Source of the DNA: Lama glama | Lineage: Eukaryota | NCBI GenBank assembly: GCA_028534125.1 | Contig: CM052818.1 | Span: 36,458,001 to 36,518,000 of the forward strand | Direction: 5' to 3' | Length of the DNA stretch: 60,000 bases | In this document: piece after piece, positions 38,276 to 52,400 of the stretch | Layout: each line of letters begins with the position of its first letter | How positions within the stretch are numbered: the first letter of the stretch is position 1 | The notes under the pieces: generated by a model | Told to the model about the DNA's origin: nothing | What the model saw: only the letters and a program-made list of their open reading frames with translations | Database searches by the model: none | Program-made: the position numbers and the translations under genes

Positions 38276-41200
38276 ACCTTTCAAGATGATTGGTTTATCC
38301 CCTCCAATCTGCTCCTAACCGAGCAGTCTTCTGAGCCATTCAATTTCAAATTGCACCAATTACGTGCAGAGCCTTGGTGTAAAGTGCTCTCTCACTCATT
38401 CTTTCTCTGTTGAATTTGGTGCTATTGTCTCAGGTACCTGAAACCAACCAGCCTACAAGAACCAAACAGAACTTCAGAAAACATGTTGTATTTTCCACAA
38501 ATAAAAAATACAACCCCACAGATTGGAGATTTTGGTGCTACAGAAACTGCTCTCACTTCTGCTCCTCTTTTTGTGCACTCTCTTCTGGAGACTTCTCTCT
38601 TAGGGAGCAGACCAGCAAACATGAGGAAACTGGATGGGGCAGTTCAAACTGTGTTGAATTGTTTAAATAGTGGGCAACCTGTTTTTTTTCTCCCCCTTCT
38701 TCCTTTCTACCCCTTTATCATTTATTTTTATTTTCTCCTCTGGGTAATGGACTGAAACCTGTTTTAAAGCTGGCTATGGTATATTCTGGTGGGAAATTGA
38801 AGAAACTGGATAAAATTAGATTAGGCTCTTTAGAACTGCCTTTAATGTGCCTTTTTAATTCATTTGAGAAAGATAAGGCTAAACACGAGGATGGGCTTGT
38901 TTGTAGCAAGTGAATTAGAATGTTTTCTTTGGTCACAACCTTGGAAATCAGTTTTGATGCTCTGTGTCATCAAGACGCAATCAGTGTTTTGGTGTAAAAT
39001 GCCTGTCTTATGTTCAGAACTCAATCAAGACACGTGTTAAGCCACATAATATACTAAAATGGTAAGTTTTCCTGTATGGTCCGTTTCTGTTTAAGAAACG
39101 TAATAAAACAACAACAACAGCAAATAATATACAGTCCACCAAAAAACCCCACACACTTTTGGTATTGATGACAGTGATGGCCAGAAAATAGATAGCAGTA
39201 TCCTGTTTTCTTCTGTCAATGGCGATTTAATAGTTATTCATGTTTGAGTTCCCAGAGAAGAATGATTTTCATGTATAATAAATTGTTACTGTTTTGGTTT
39301 AAAGCCAGGACTTGCCAAATGGACAGAAAAGAGGAATTTGTCAGAAGCTCCATAAAATTCATTTTCTATGTTCATAGTTGCAAGTGAGCTCTGGTATGGT
39401 CCTTAAATAACAGTATTAATGTTTAAATCCCTTACCATAAGCTTACCTTCACAACTATTCATTTGGATTGGAACCCGTTTTGAATCTTGTTGAGCAATTT
39501 CTGTGACTTGTACTTATCTAAAATTAATTATGGGTTACTAGTTTTACAAAAACTTTCTACAGATTTGGAGACACAGTCTAGGCAGTTGCAAAGAGGCAAA
39601 GGGAGTGCAGTGACATTTTTTTATCAGATGATTTTTAAACAAAAAAGTAGAAAATTTTGACAAGTTGGCTTGATATCTTCATCCATGATAGCCATTGGCT
39701 GCAGGTGTGTCTTTCCAATATATGCAACACATGTAGTTTGGGTTTTAATTAGAGCAAACGGTCTTGGACTACTGCAGAGATACTGAGCTACCTCAGCTTT
39801 TTGTATTTTAGTTACCAACAGTGTTTACAGAATTCTGTATTCACTTCGCCACCGTTTACATGTTGAAGCTAAGGTATTTGTCTCCTCGTCTCTGGCTGTT
39901 TGTAGTGTGCTGGATGCCAGCGCAGAAAGCGCACTTTGGCCAAGGCTACTGCAGTAATCTTAAGTGCTTCTTTGCATTTACATGAACTTTTACGCCTTCT
40001 AATTCTAGCTTAATTTTTAAATAATGCCACTTGTTTTCTTTATACCTGTCTATGAAGTTTTCATAATATTCAGTTAGTCATATAATTCAAGATGCTACCG
40101 ATGTAGACACACTGTATTTTTAAGGTGGGCAAGTGCGATTAACGATGAACCAATTTTAAAGGGGAGGTTATTTGAAACCTCTAATTTGATTATTGGGAGG
40201 ATTTTCATGCTTTCTTTAGTATTTATTACCATCATACCAGTTCAGGCTATTTTACTGTCTAATACATTAGCATTTTGTATTTTGATGGAAATTGTTACAG
40301 AATTTAAGATTTGATGAAATAAGATGTAGCAGATTTTTTGTAGCAAGTTTCTGGTAAAAGGGTTTTTTGCAAGTCTCAGGTTCTTGCTGCACTATTTTTC
40401 TTTAAATATTTATTCCAGTTACTCTAATTCAGAAGCATTCTGTTCAAGTAACAGCAGCACTTGTGAAAGGAAAAAAAATGCACATGTTCTTAGTAGGTTA
40501 CTAAATTTGTACAATTTTAGCCATCAGTGAGTTTGACAAGGGAAGTTGATTTATGTTCAGCATTAAAATGCTTCCAAAAGATCAAGTTTTATAATTTTAA
40601 CCTTGAGATAGATGGAGAAATAGAAGGCAACCTCAGTATGGTAGGAACTGCCACTTTGAACAGTTTAGGTCTTAAAGAGAAAGCCAATCTAATGCCAGGG
40701 GGAGAAAAATGAGCCGAAATTGTACCAACTCCTCTGGCCTTTTTAAAAGAAACACCAAACTAGTTCTGCTTATTTTACAGATATCTGGTGGTTCTATAGT
40801 TTAAAGCAGCTTGTGAAATTATTCAAGCGGACTCAATTTTGTTTACCTTTCTGTAAGTTCTTAATTTTTGCTGTATAGCATTGGCAAAAATATGTACAAA
40901 TTGACCTCTGTTCTTATTTCCTATTGTGAGCACTATAAATGATAAGCTCCTGTGTAAAACCTTGCTCTCAGATCACTAAAATACGTATCACAGCACAGCC
41001 CAACAATAGTTAATATTCAGCTGTGGGGACCATAGGAGCCTTTTGAAGATGATGGAACCGCACTAGGGTTGAAACTGATGGCTGTGGAGTTAATTGTGTT
41101 TTTGAGCTTGAATTTCACCTGTGATTAATTTTTTTGTTTTATGTCCTTTCATGACTTGATTTTTCTCATATGCCAATGTATTTGTAGGTTTACTGGATTT

Positions 41201-41655
41201 TATTTTTAGGGAGTGGGGTGGTAATATCTTCCCATTTTTTTGATTAAGTTGGTTCAGCTATGGTGCTATTCAGTAGGTATCTTCAGTGTCAGGTCCCGTA
41301 GCTGAATGCCATTGTTATTATAATTATTATTTGTAATCACATTGTAAGCTTGAATTTGGACTTGTACCTGCATCTTTTATATTTTGTACATTCGGTTATT
41401 TAGACTTTGGGAGTCCTCTTTGGTTTCAGTCATGTATGTCTGCTTTGTAGATTAAGTAGACTTCATCAACTATGGTCTATTTTGGGTTTGTAGTTTAATT
41501 TAGAATTGTGTTAAATTGATGTTTTGCATTTGACTTCATTTTACATTAGTTCGAAGTAAATTATTTAATTTTTGAATTCTGGAATTTTGAACATTTACTG
41601 TAATTTGTAATATAACTGCTGTGAAATACTTGAATAAAGATGACAAGAAAAACAT
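38276..41655 (+). other. ATAD2B: ATAD2B 3'UTR (~3.4 kb; end approximate)
   Basis: Follows the stop codon; no recognisable interspersed repeats, U-rich; ends shortly after AATAAA at 41633. Confidence 0.75.
41633..41638 (+). terminator. Distal polyadenylation signal AATAAA
   Basis: AATAAA with upstream TGTA elements and downstream T-rich tgtctttcttt. Confidence 0.75.
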
Positions 41656-43359
41656 GTCTTTCTTTAGCTTAATTATGATTACTGTTGGCTGCAAATGCAA
41701 TGCTACTTTTCAAGCTGAATTCATCTGTTCTGCAGCTAAGGCATATTGATGCTTATTAAGCACCCCAAAAATCTTGTTAATATGATTCATTTGTATTTTA
41801 GTAGCCCTCAGTATTTTTTAACTGTAAGTTCTTTTGTTGAGAAAGTGTGGTTTTAATTTCAGTTGAAGATTGTCTAAAATATGTTGTATAGAAGCAAATG
41901 GATTACTTCTGGAATTTGCTTTTCTAATTGGAAGACTATGCTGCAACAGACGATCAAGTAGTATGGTTCACTTATTTTATAGTGTTTTCTCTTTGATCAG
42001 GTGATTACCAGCATATTTTGAACAATACATGGAATTTAAATATGGAAAGAGATTTCATACCAGAATTTTGAGAGGCTTGTTGCTTTACGTGAATAGATGT
42101 TCTTAGCTTTAGACTGCTCATGTTTCTGCTATCATGAGCTACCTTTTCATGTCCCAAGGTTAGTATACTAATCTTCCTCAATATAAATCTTTAACTTTCT
42201 TCTCTCTCTCTCTGTTTGGGAATCACAGTGAAAAGGAGCTGGTAGAATTTATGTAAGACTTTGTTTTTCTTGATTTTGCAAGTTGTATAATTTTTACTTT
42301 TGGTTGTGTATATCTATCAAAAGACTGGTAACGGTAAACCTGGGAAACAAGATTTTTAAAAATTTTATCTGAGTGTTTAGATAAGCCTCTATCTGGCTTT
42401 TCTAGAGTCTAGCCCCACTTTACCAAAACTTAGTTTCTTCTTAGTTTCTTATGACCTTTCATACTGTATCATATCACTTTATCCATACCAGTCACCCTGG
42501 GGTATCTTTATCTTCACCTGTTGAAATCTTGCCCATATTTCAGGACTGGGCATAGATTCTATACCAATAAATCTCCCTTACTATATCGTTCCTTCTGAGA
42601 GCTTAGCTGTATTTTGTACTGTGTAACATAGTAAATTACTAATGTTATGTAAAACTTAGTAATTTTTTCATGTAGGAAAGGGGATACAAGGGAAGTATCA
42701 TATTTTATATTTCTTGTAGGAATTTAAAACAATGTTTGACTGTTCAATGCTTAATTTTTTTTGGTTTAGTTGATATAGAAAGCTGAAATTTATCTAAATG
42801 ATCCTTTTGTAGATTCAACAAATATATAGGAAGTTCCTACTATATGCCAGGCAATGTTGATGGAGCTGGAAATAAAGCAGCAAACAAAACAAAGTCCCTG
42901 TCTTCATGGAACTTAAATTCTTTTACATGTAATGTGCCAGATTTCTCTCATGGTTGATCAGGATTCAAAAAAAATTTTTTTTTAAGTGTTTTTCTCTCTT
43001 TAAGCATTGAATGAAACATTTTGTTAAAAATTTGCCAAGAACTCTCCTTTTTGCTTTTCTTATATTCTCCATCTTGTGAATGGAACCATACTCATCAAGT
43101 ATCCAAATCCTGTCATCCTAAATTTTATCTTCTTTATGGTGTATCTTATTCTAAAATGCAGCACATTCAGTTGATTTTTTTTCCCCTACTCTAAACATGT
43201 CTCATATCCATCACCTTTCTCTATCTTTATTGCAGCTGACTTAGTTTGGGCACTAATCCTTTTGTTTGGACTAGCGTAAAAGTCATCAATTTGAGGGAAT
43301 GTAAACATGGGCAAGGCATTGTGTCTGCCTTCAATGAGGTTTTTTATAACATATTTAAT

Positions 43360-44790
43360 ATCATATTTACTAGGTGCCAGGGACTGTTCTGTGTTTCACA
43401 AATACGAATAGACACTATTTTAATCCTGTGAGAACGTTATAATTGTTCTTATTATCCTCACTTTACAAATCAGGAAAGTGAAACATGAAGTAATTTGCCC
43501 AGGGTCACACAGCCAGGATTCCAATGCGGGCCGACTGACTCCAGAATTGATGCTCTTAACTACTATGCTTGACTTCTTGTGTGGACAGACAGACGCACAC
43601 ACATCATTTCAGTATGATAGAGCACATGTTACTGTTGAGCTCTGCATAAGGCACTGTTAGGTGTACGGAGGAGGAGCATGTAGCCCAACCTCGAAGAAGC
43701 TTTCCTGGGAAAACTGACGCCTGAGCTGAAGCATCAGAATAGACAACGTCTCCAAGGGGAAGGAACAATAGAAGCGCAGGCTGAGGAGTGAAACAGCATG
43801 ACAGCTGCAGGGGAAAGTACAAGCAGTTCCGTGTCACCACAAGTCAAAATTTATTCAACAAATTTCTTTGAGCAACTGCCACTCGCCAAGCACAGTTCTT
43901 GGCATTAGAGTTATAGCTGAGGACAGGACAGCAAGGTCCTGGTTCTCTTGGAGCTTACAGTTCAGTGGGCAAAGAGTAAACAAGATGTTATCTAATAGTG
44001 GCCAACGCTTGGATGACAGGAAGTATGGTAGTAGTGATAGCAAACTTCTGAGTGTTAGGTACTGTTTTAAGAATTAACCATTTAATTATCACAGCAGTTG
44101 TCTGATGTTAGAACTGTTGTTGGTTCCACTTCACAGAAGGGGAAACTAAAATAAGGAGTTGGTTAAGCAATTTGCCCAAGGTTACACAACAAATGAGTGT
44201 TAACTGGGATTCATCTTGTGTGGTTTCAGAGCTTGGATTCTTAACTGACCTATCATTAAGGTGAAAGATAATTTTTCACCCTTATTAATAAACAGTTTTT
44301 AAACTACAGAATACTGCAGAGAGTAATACAATGTACATGTTCCCACCGTCTAGAATTAAATGTTAACAGTTTATCATAATTTTTTTCATTCTTTTTTAAA
44401 GAAAAAAAATTCTCAATAGGGTTGAAGTTTGCTTTCTACTCCTCCCCACTCCCATTCCTTTTCTTTCTTCCCCAGAGGAAGCCACACTGATGCCTTTGAT
44501 GAACATCTTCCCTGTCTATGTTTTTAAGTTGTTATTTGAGAAGATAATAGTATGGGTGCTGGAGCCAGGCTGACTGAGTTTGAATCCTGGTTGTGTTATT
44601 CTTGGCTGCATGACATGCTGCAAGTTACTTCACCTGTCTGCACGTCAGTCTATGTGTAGGATGGGGGATAATGATAGCATTAAACCCACAGTGGTTATTG
44701 TGAAGGCTATGTACTTGAGTCAACATATGTAAAGCACTTAGAACAGCACCAGGCACATAGTAAGTGTTCAGTAAGTTTTAATCATTATTT
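43360..44790. mobile_element. Cluster of MIR (~43360-43570, 44020-44250, 44545-44790) and L2/L1 fragments
   Basis: MIR cores (aagtaatttgcccagggtcacac; gcaatttgcccaaggttacac; aaagcacttagaacag...ggcacatagtaagtg). Confidence 0.7.
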
Positions 44791-47529
44791 CTTCAATTAT
44801 ACAAATATTACATTTGCATGTATCCGTACAAATGGTTTGGGTTTTTTAAATACTATAAATGAAATTATTTTAATCTTGCTTTAAAATTTATTTTTAAGTT
44901 GGAAACATGTATGTATGTATGTACTTTGAAGAATAAAGTAGTTCTAGAAGGCTTATTATAAACCCCACAAAAAGAAACAGTTTCCTCAGGACCAATTGTT
45001 TTCAACATCTGAAACTATTTTGGTAGGCATCTCTATGTTTCTAAATAATATTCTTATACGATTGCTTTTTCTTTTTCTAGTTTTTCCATTGTCTTTTGCT
45101 TTCCCACCATGGAAGAGAAGAGTCATATCTGTCTCCAACACATCCACACGTCTTGTTTTCTTACCCTCCCAGCTGGTTATAATTTTCATTACATCATTAC
45201 TCAGTTTTTACATTATTGTGACTATGTGAAAACTATGGACAGCTGAACTATTTAGTACACTATGGTTAGTTTTCCTTCCCTGTACACTTTTTGCTTAATA
45301 AGTCTTTGTTGTTATTTGCCTAGTTTTCTATGTATTAACTACTACTTGTCCCTAAACTCAACCCCAGCAGTCCAACACCCTTTTTAGTATCTTCAAACAT
45401 GTAAGATATGCTAGCATTTCATCTCGAGACAAGGTCTCCTGGAGCATTCTAGCCTTTGCCAATTTTGCATTGGTGTGTACCAAGGTCTTGCATAGTCATT
45501 TTCTTGAGACCTCCTTCACTGCCATCCTTCACCTTTCTCTTCTAATTGTCATTTATATCCTGTGTTGCTTTTGAGAATTCCAGTGCTGTTCTGACCCTTG
45601 ACCCATTTTCCTGATTTTGTTTCTCTTTCCTGAAGCTTTTAGAATCTTCACTCTCCCTGACATTCTGGAATTTCCCAGACATGTCTGGGTGGGTGTCTGT
45701 GGGCTAGCATCCATTGGCCTCTGCACTCTGGAAATTCGTGTCCTTCAGTTCTAAGAAATTTTCCTGAGTTATTTCTTTATAATGTGCTTCCCTTTGTTTT
45801 CTTTGTTCTCCATTTCTAGAACTACTGTTACTCAGATACTGACCCACCTAGCTTGTTCTCTAAATTGTGTCATTTCCTCCCCAATTTTTATTTCTGTATG
45901 TAATTTTTTAAAGCTATTTTTTCCCTTAAATTTTTTTAAAGTATCATTTTGTTCTTGTTGCACGGATGCAAAATCAACTCTTCTCTCTGAGGATGTTAAT
46001 AATTATTTTTTCTTACTTAGTTTTTTCTGCCTGCATGGACTCTCTTCCAAGCTGCTTTTCCCTTTTTGTTTTAGCCCCTGTTTAGTATTACAGCCTTTAA
46101 AAAAAATGTTTGGTAATTCTTTGCTATCTGTTCATGTGTAAGAGTGGGACACTTAAAAAGCTGCTTTCAGAAAGTAGGACAAGACTCTCCAGATAGGAGA
46201 GTAGCAGAGCCTTCTCTGGGAAATACCATCAGCCCAACAGGAAAAAAGCTAAAGATAATAACATTTGGGGTTCACTTATGAAACCGTCCAGCCAGGACAC
46301 CTGAAAGAATTGTATAGATTAGAAATAATAAATACAAAGGTGGGTAAGTATTGGCTACTTTAATATTCTCTATTCTTGTAAGAACTGACCCTGAAACTTT
46401 GTGGTTTGGTTGGTTATCCCAACAGAAATCTCTTAGAAGGAATGCCTTCATTTGGGGATTATTTTTACAAATCGTTTTGAGATATTTGAGTAATCACATG
46501 TGCTCCTGGTTTGCTCCCGCCTCTGCCCTCCTAACCTCATTTTCCTTTCATTAGGCTAATGTATTAGGTCCAAGAAATCAGAGGGAAGTAGTGTTCTTTG
46601 GAAGATTTTGCACTGGTGGCTTCTCCCCGCTTTAGGGGCAGCAGTTATCTTCAGAGTGAGCGCTTAGAGGTGATGGAGTCAGGTTTTACTGTTTCTTTGA
46701 CTTGTATTAATGCTAAGTTTTCTCCTGACAGCACTCTTGTTGCAGAAACAGAAACGATTGGTATATTGGTCTGTGTAGGACCATTTGGGTTAATGATCTC
46801 TACCATTAATGGCTGATGTGGCAGGTCTAAGAGGCTACACACTAAAGGTCATAAGACACCCTGATTTTCTTACTGAAATTCTTTTTATTTCTTTATGAAA
46901 TTCCAGCTGTCTAGAACTTTTTCTGCTTAGTGTTTTGTTTAACAGAAGAAGCATGGCTTCGGGGAAGGAAGTCTTATATTAGCTAATCCTTTCCTCTTCG
47001 TTCCCGATGAGCTTCAAACTAAGAAAGATGAAAGAAGCCTGGACTGGAGGGAAAAAGGTGAGTATAGCAGAAAAAGTTCAGTGTTTTTCTTCTGTGATGT
47101 CTTTTACAAGTTAAACAAAAAGATACCTTGGCCTTTCCTCTACTAGTCATTTGCTGGAGATAAGGAACTTGGCAGTGTGACCATTCTATCCAGGTATCTA
47201 TTACAGTGCTTTTAGTGTCATACAGCATTGTGGATTAATTGCTATTGAGTTGCTAAGTAAGTATTGAATTTAATAGGCCAACATTTTTATGGGTTGTAGT
47301 ATTTTGTGGAGGTAGGGGAGGTTTTGGAAGACTGTTAGTAGACTGGCTTAAAATTAAAAATACATATATAAGGAAATATAGTGGATGATAAAGCTATATA
47401 GGTAGTTTGCGGATCTTGTTATAGAGGACCAGGCTTAAGATATTTGTACTTTATCATGTGAACAGCACCATGGCATGTTGAAAATGGAGCTTTAGAAATA
47501 TTAATTTGACAGATATATACCAAATGGAA

Positions 47530-48990
47530 AATAACTACTCTCTTTCAACAAGATATGTTGACTACCTGTCATATTCCAAGTGTGTGCTAGGCATGGGAGT
47601 TAAAAAGCTAGGTGAAACAGCCCCCTGCCCTTGCAAATAAATATTCAGTAGAAGAAGACATAGTAAGAGGGAAAAATACATGTTTTAAATTAAGTAAATG
47701 CAGTAATAATGGTTTAGTTGAGGTGCTGTTGGAGCATAAAGGAAGGGAACTTAAGTCACCTAGGAATTCATGGAAGATTTTTCTGGTGGATATGATATTC
47801 TAACAGCATCTAAAAAATGAAGGAATATGTGTAGTAAAAAAATTAGAGGAGAACATTACAGGCAGAAGGAACAGTGTAGAAACAGAGGCAAACATGTTAA
47901 GTTCAGGCAACTATGTGCACTTCTAGTTTGCTTTATTTTAAAGCAAGTTGAAGAAAAACGTAGTATGAGAGGTCAACAAGGACTTTATTTGCCTCTCTTG
48001 CATTCCAGGTGAGAGATGCTGTAGATCTGAACTAGGGAAATTGTGGTAGGGGTGGTGAGAAAGGGACAGTTTTTAGAAAATGTAGAGGTAAGCTCATTAG
48101 GACTGAATGATTGCATTTTGGGGATGAGGATAAAGCAGGAGCCTGGAATTGCACTTAGGTTTCTGCCTGGATAATCAGCTAGATTAGTAGCACTATTAAC
48201 TGAGAACGAACAGGAGAGAGTAGCAAATCTGGAGTGAGTGCAGTGTTGGACATTTTGACATCTAGGTCCAACAGATATTCGGATATATCTAAAGCTTAGG
48301 ACAGTTCAGAGCTGGAGACTGTAGGGGTTAGCTGCCATAAGTGTTATTCAAACTGTGAGTGTGAAATTAGACCACTTAGGCAGTGCTTCAAAGCAGAATG
48401 AAAATGGTACATAGAGGAACAGTGGTGTTTAAACAGCACTAGAAGAGGTCTCTCACAAAGGTGACTGATCATAGTTTCTCAAAAGCAGGATAGCCAAAAG
48501 TGGTGTCACAGGAGGAGATGATTTTATGTTCAAGATGGACAACAGCATCAAATGCTTTAGTGGATACCAATGAAATATATACTAAAACATTGCCAGTAGA
48601 TACGACAGTTGGTGATCTTTGTTGTTTTCAGGAAAAAGGGAAGGAGTGAGATCGTAACTAGAGAGGAACACAGGGTTGATGAAAAGATTTTGATGAAAGT
48701 GGAAAAAAAACTGAGCATGTTTGTATACTGAAGGAATGGAGATAATAGTAGCTAACATTTATTGAAAAGATACTGGATTTCAGACCCTCTTTTAAGGGCT
48801 TTACATCTGTTAACTCATTTACTCTTCACAACATCCCTGTGACATAGACACTGTTTTCCTCATCTTACTAATGAGGAGAGTTAATCACAGAGATTGTTAC
48901 ATGGCTGACAACTAGTCAAGAGCAGAAACAGAATTTGAACCCAGGGATTTTGATGCAATAACCCAGCTGTTTACCGTTACCCTGTTTCCT
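47530..48990 (-). mobile_element. L2 fragments followed by a MIR (~48745-48990)
   Basis: tgttgactacctg...tgtgctaggc; tccaggtgagagatg; taactcatttactcttcacaacatccctgtga. Confidence 0.6.
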
Positions 48991-49434
48991 CACTAGAACA
49001 GTTGGATGTTGAAGATTTGGAACAAATCATTATTAATGGATCAAGATTCCAGACGGGAGGGTATAAAATCAGGAGCGTAGGTGGGAATGTTGGTCTTGAG
49101 TAAGAATAAGGATATTTTATTCTGAAGACTAGAAACTGGGGGTACAGTTTGGAGGTGGTAAGTTTAGGGAGGGGATGGGGTATTGTGAAGTTTAGGAAAT
49201 GAAATTTCCTGATTGTGTCATCCTTTTCCTATCAAATATTTACGCATGTGTTGAATTTATACCTTTTTTATTACAAAACATAATAGATAGCGAAAATTGC
49301 TTAAAACAAACATGTAGCTTATCATAAACGGTTTTAAGATGCAACCATCATGCAGGTAAAGAAAATAACATGTTGTTAGCCAATCCAGAAGCTTTCCAGG
49401 TGCTCCATTCCAATTAAAATGCTCTTTTTCTCCC

Positions 49435-52400
49435 CAAATTGATTATTTAAATGTGTATTGTTTAGTTTTCAAATATTTGGAATTTTCCAGCTTTTGAGTT
49501 ACTGACTTCTCATTTAATTCTATTGTGGTCAAAGAACATAGTCTGTGTGATTTTAATTCTGTTAAATTTATTGTGGTTTGTTTTGTTACCTAGCACATGA
49601 TCTATCTTGCTTAATGTTTTAGGTTGACTTGAAAAAAAGAATGTGTGTTCTGTTGTCATTGGGTGGAGGGTTTTATAAATTTCAGCTTGATAACACTAGT
49701 TGCTCATGTTGTTTAAATCTTCTATATCCTTGTTGATTTTATGTCTACTTGTATTAATTTCTGGGAGAGGAGTGTTGAACTCCCCAACCGTAACTGTGGA
49801 TTTGTCTGTTTTTCCTTTTAGTTCTGTCAGTTTTTGCTTCTTATATCTTGAACCTCTGTTGTTAGTTGTATACACATTTAGAATTGTTATGTCTTCTTGG
49901 TGCATTGAACCTTTTCTCATTATGTAATATTCCTCTTCAGTCCTTTTAATTGTCCTTGTTCAGAGTCTTCCTTGGCTGTTATTAATATAGCTACTTCAAT
50001 TTTTTTAAATTAGTGTTCAAATTAGTTTTTTCCTATCATTTCACTTTCTTTTCCCATAGCCTTTTATCTTTCCATTTATGGATCTTCCTTCTCCGACAAG
50101 AAATGTATGACTCCCTTTATCCTGAATATATTTATTTTCTGAATTCTTTATCACATAAAAAGTAGTTAAGTAAGTTAGCCCACACCACCAAAAATCTAAG
50201 CCTACTAAACAGAGTTCAAATTCTATTTATAGTGCTTTTTGTCTTTAGTCTAAAGGTATATTGTCTAAATTCTGTATTCAAAAGTTACTTGGGTTAATCT
50301 CCTCTACCCTCATCTACTATGGTTATGTTATTCTTTGAAATAAAGTATAGTTAAGTTCTTTTTTTGTTGTTGTTATTTGTGTTCAATTTTAAGGTCCTTC
50401 TCATTCTTGTTGTTTGTGTGTTTTGGAATGTAAAACAGTGACATATTTAAGAAAGTCATGACTGTGCAAAATAGGCCCAGAGATGTGTCACTGCCCCCAT
50501 TCCTTCCACTGTGGATAATGAGCAGTCTCATTAGTTTATCTGGTGTTTCTTCTGTTAAATAAACAGTTACACATATATTTTCTTATTTTCTCCATTTATT
50601 CTTACACAAGAGGGAGTTATCATAGGTACTCCTTTGCACATTGCTTTTTTAAAATTAATAGACATGTGTTTTGTGCTTGTGCGTGTGTGTGTGCAGTTTT
50701 AGGTTTGCAGAAAAATTAAGCATAAAGTACAGAGTTCCCTTGTATCCTCTTACCTGTCCCCCCCACCTGTTTTCTTCCTTATTAACATCTTACATTACTG
50801 TGGTACATTTGTGACAATTTATGAGGAAATACTGATACATTATTATTAACTGAAGTCCATAGTTTACAATTAGGGATCACTCTTTGTATTATACGTCTGA
50901 TGAGTTTTGACAAATGTACGTATTGACATGTATCCATCATTGCAGTATCAGTAAGACTAACTTCACTGCCCTAAACGTCTTTTGTGCTCCACCTGTTCAT
51001 TCCTTGCTCTGCCCTGGCAACCACTAGTCTTTTTACTGTCTCCATAGCTTTGACTTTTCCAGAATGTCATAGAGTTAGAATCATATAGTATGTAACCCCT
51101 TGAGATTGGTTTATTTCACTTAGCAATATGCATTTAGTTCCTTCATGTCTCTTTGTGGCTTGATAGCTCATTTCTAACACTGAATAATATTCCCTTGTAA
51201 TGGATATACCATAGTTTGCTATCTGTTTGCTTACTGAAGTGTATCTTCTTTGCTTCCGAGTTTTGGTAATCATGAATAAAGCTGCTGTAAATACTCATAT
51301 GCAGGTTTTTATGTGAACATAAGTTTCAGCTCTCTGGGTAAATACCAAGTATCACGATTGCTGGATTATCTTAGAAAGAGTATTTTTAGTTTTGTAACAA
51401 ACTGCCAACCTGTTGTCCAAAATGGCTTTACCATTTTACACTCACACCAGCAACAAATAAGAGTTCCTGTTGCTCCACATTCTCACCAGAATTTGATGAT
51501 GTCAGTGTTTTAGATTTTGGCCTAATAGGTGAGTAATGGTATTTTCACTGTTGTTTTAATTTGAAATTCCCTAATGATATACGATGTTTAGCATCTTTTT
51601 CAAATACTTATTTGCCATCTGTATATGATGAGATGTTTAAATCTTTTGTCTATTTTTCAGTTGGATTGTTTGTTTTCTTCCTGTTGAGTTTTAAGTTTCT
51701 TTGTATACTTTAGATACCAGTCCTTTATCAGATATGTATTTTACAAATATTTTCTCAGTCTGTGGCTTGTCTTTTCATTCTCATAACCATGTCTCTATTA
51801 CTTTTAATTTCTCTGTATTGTTATGTTTTAAGTGGGCTTCTTTTAGAAAGAAACCTGGATCTTTTTAGTCTTTAAAAACTAAAATGGGGCGTTTAGATTA
51901 TTTACATTTAATGTAATTTTTAAAGAATTGTGGTAAAATATACACAACATAAAATTTACCATCTTAACCATTTTTAAATGTACAGTTCATTTAGGGATTA
52001 AGTACATTGACATTGTTGTACAACCATCACCAGTATCCATCTCAAGAACTCTTACTTACAGAACTGAAGCTCTGTACTTAGTAAAGAACAGCTCTCCATT
52101 CCCTCCTCCCAGCAGCCTCTGGCAACCACCATTCTATGTTATCTCTATGAATATGACTGAGTACCTTATGTAAGTGGAATCTTACTGAATTTGTCCTTTT
52201 GTGACTGGCTTATTTCACTTAGCATAATGTCCTCAAGTTTCATCCATGTTATAGCATGTGTCAGAATTTCCTTCCTTTTTGAGGTTGAATACTGTTCCAT
52301 TTTATGTATATACCATTTAAAGAAAATTCCATTAATGGGCACTTGAGTTTCTTCTACCTTTTGGCTATTATGAGTAATGCTGTGAATGTGGCTGTATAAA

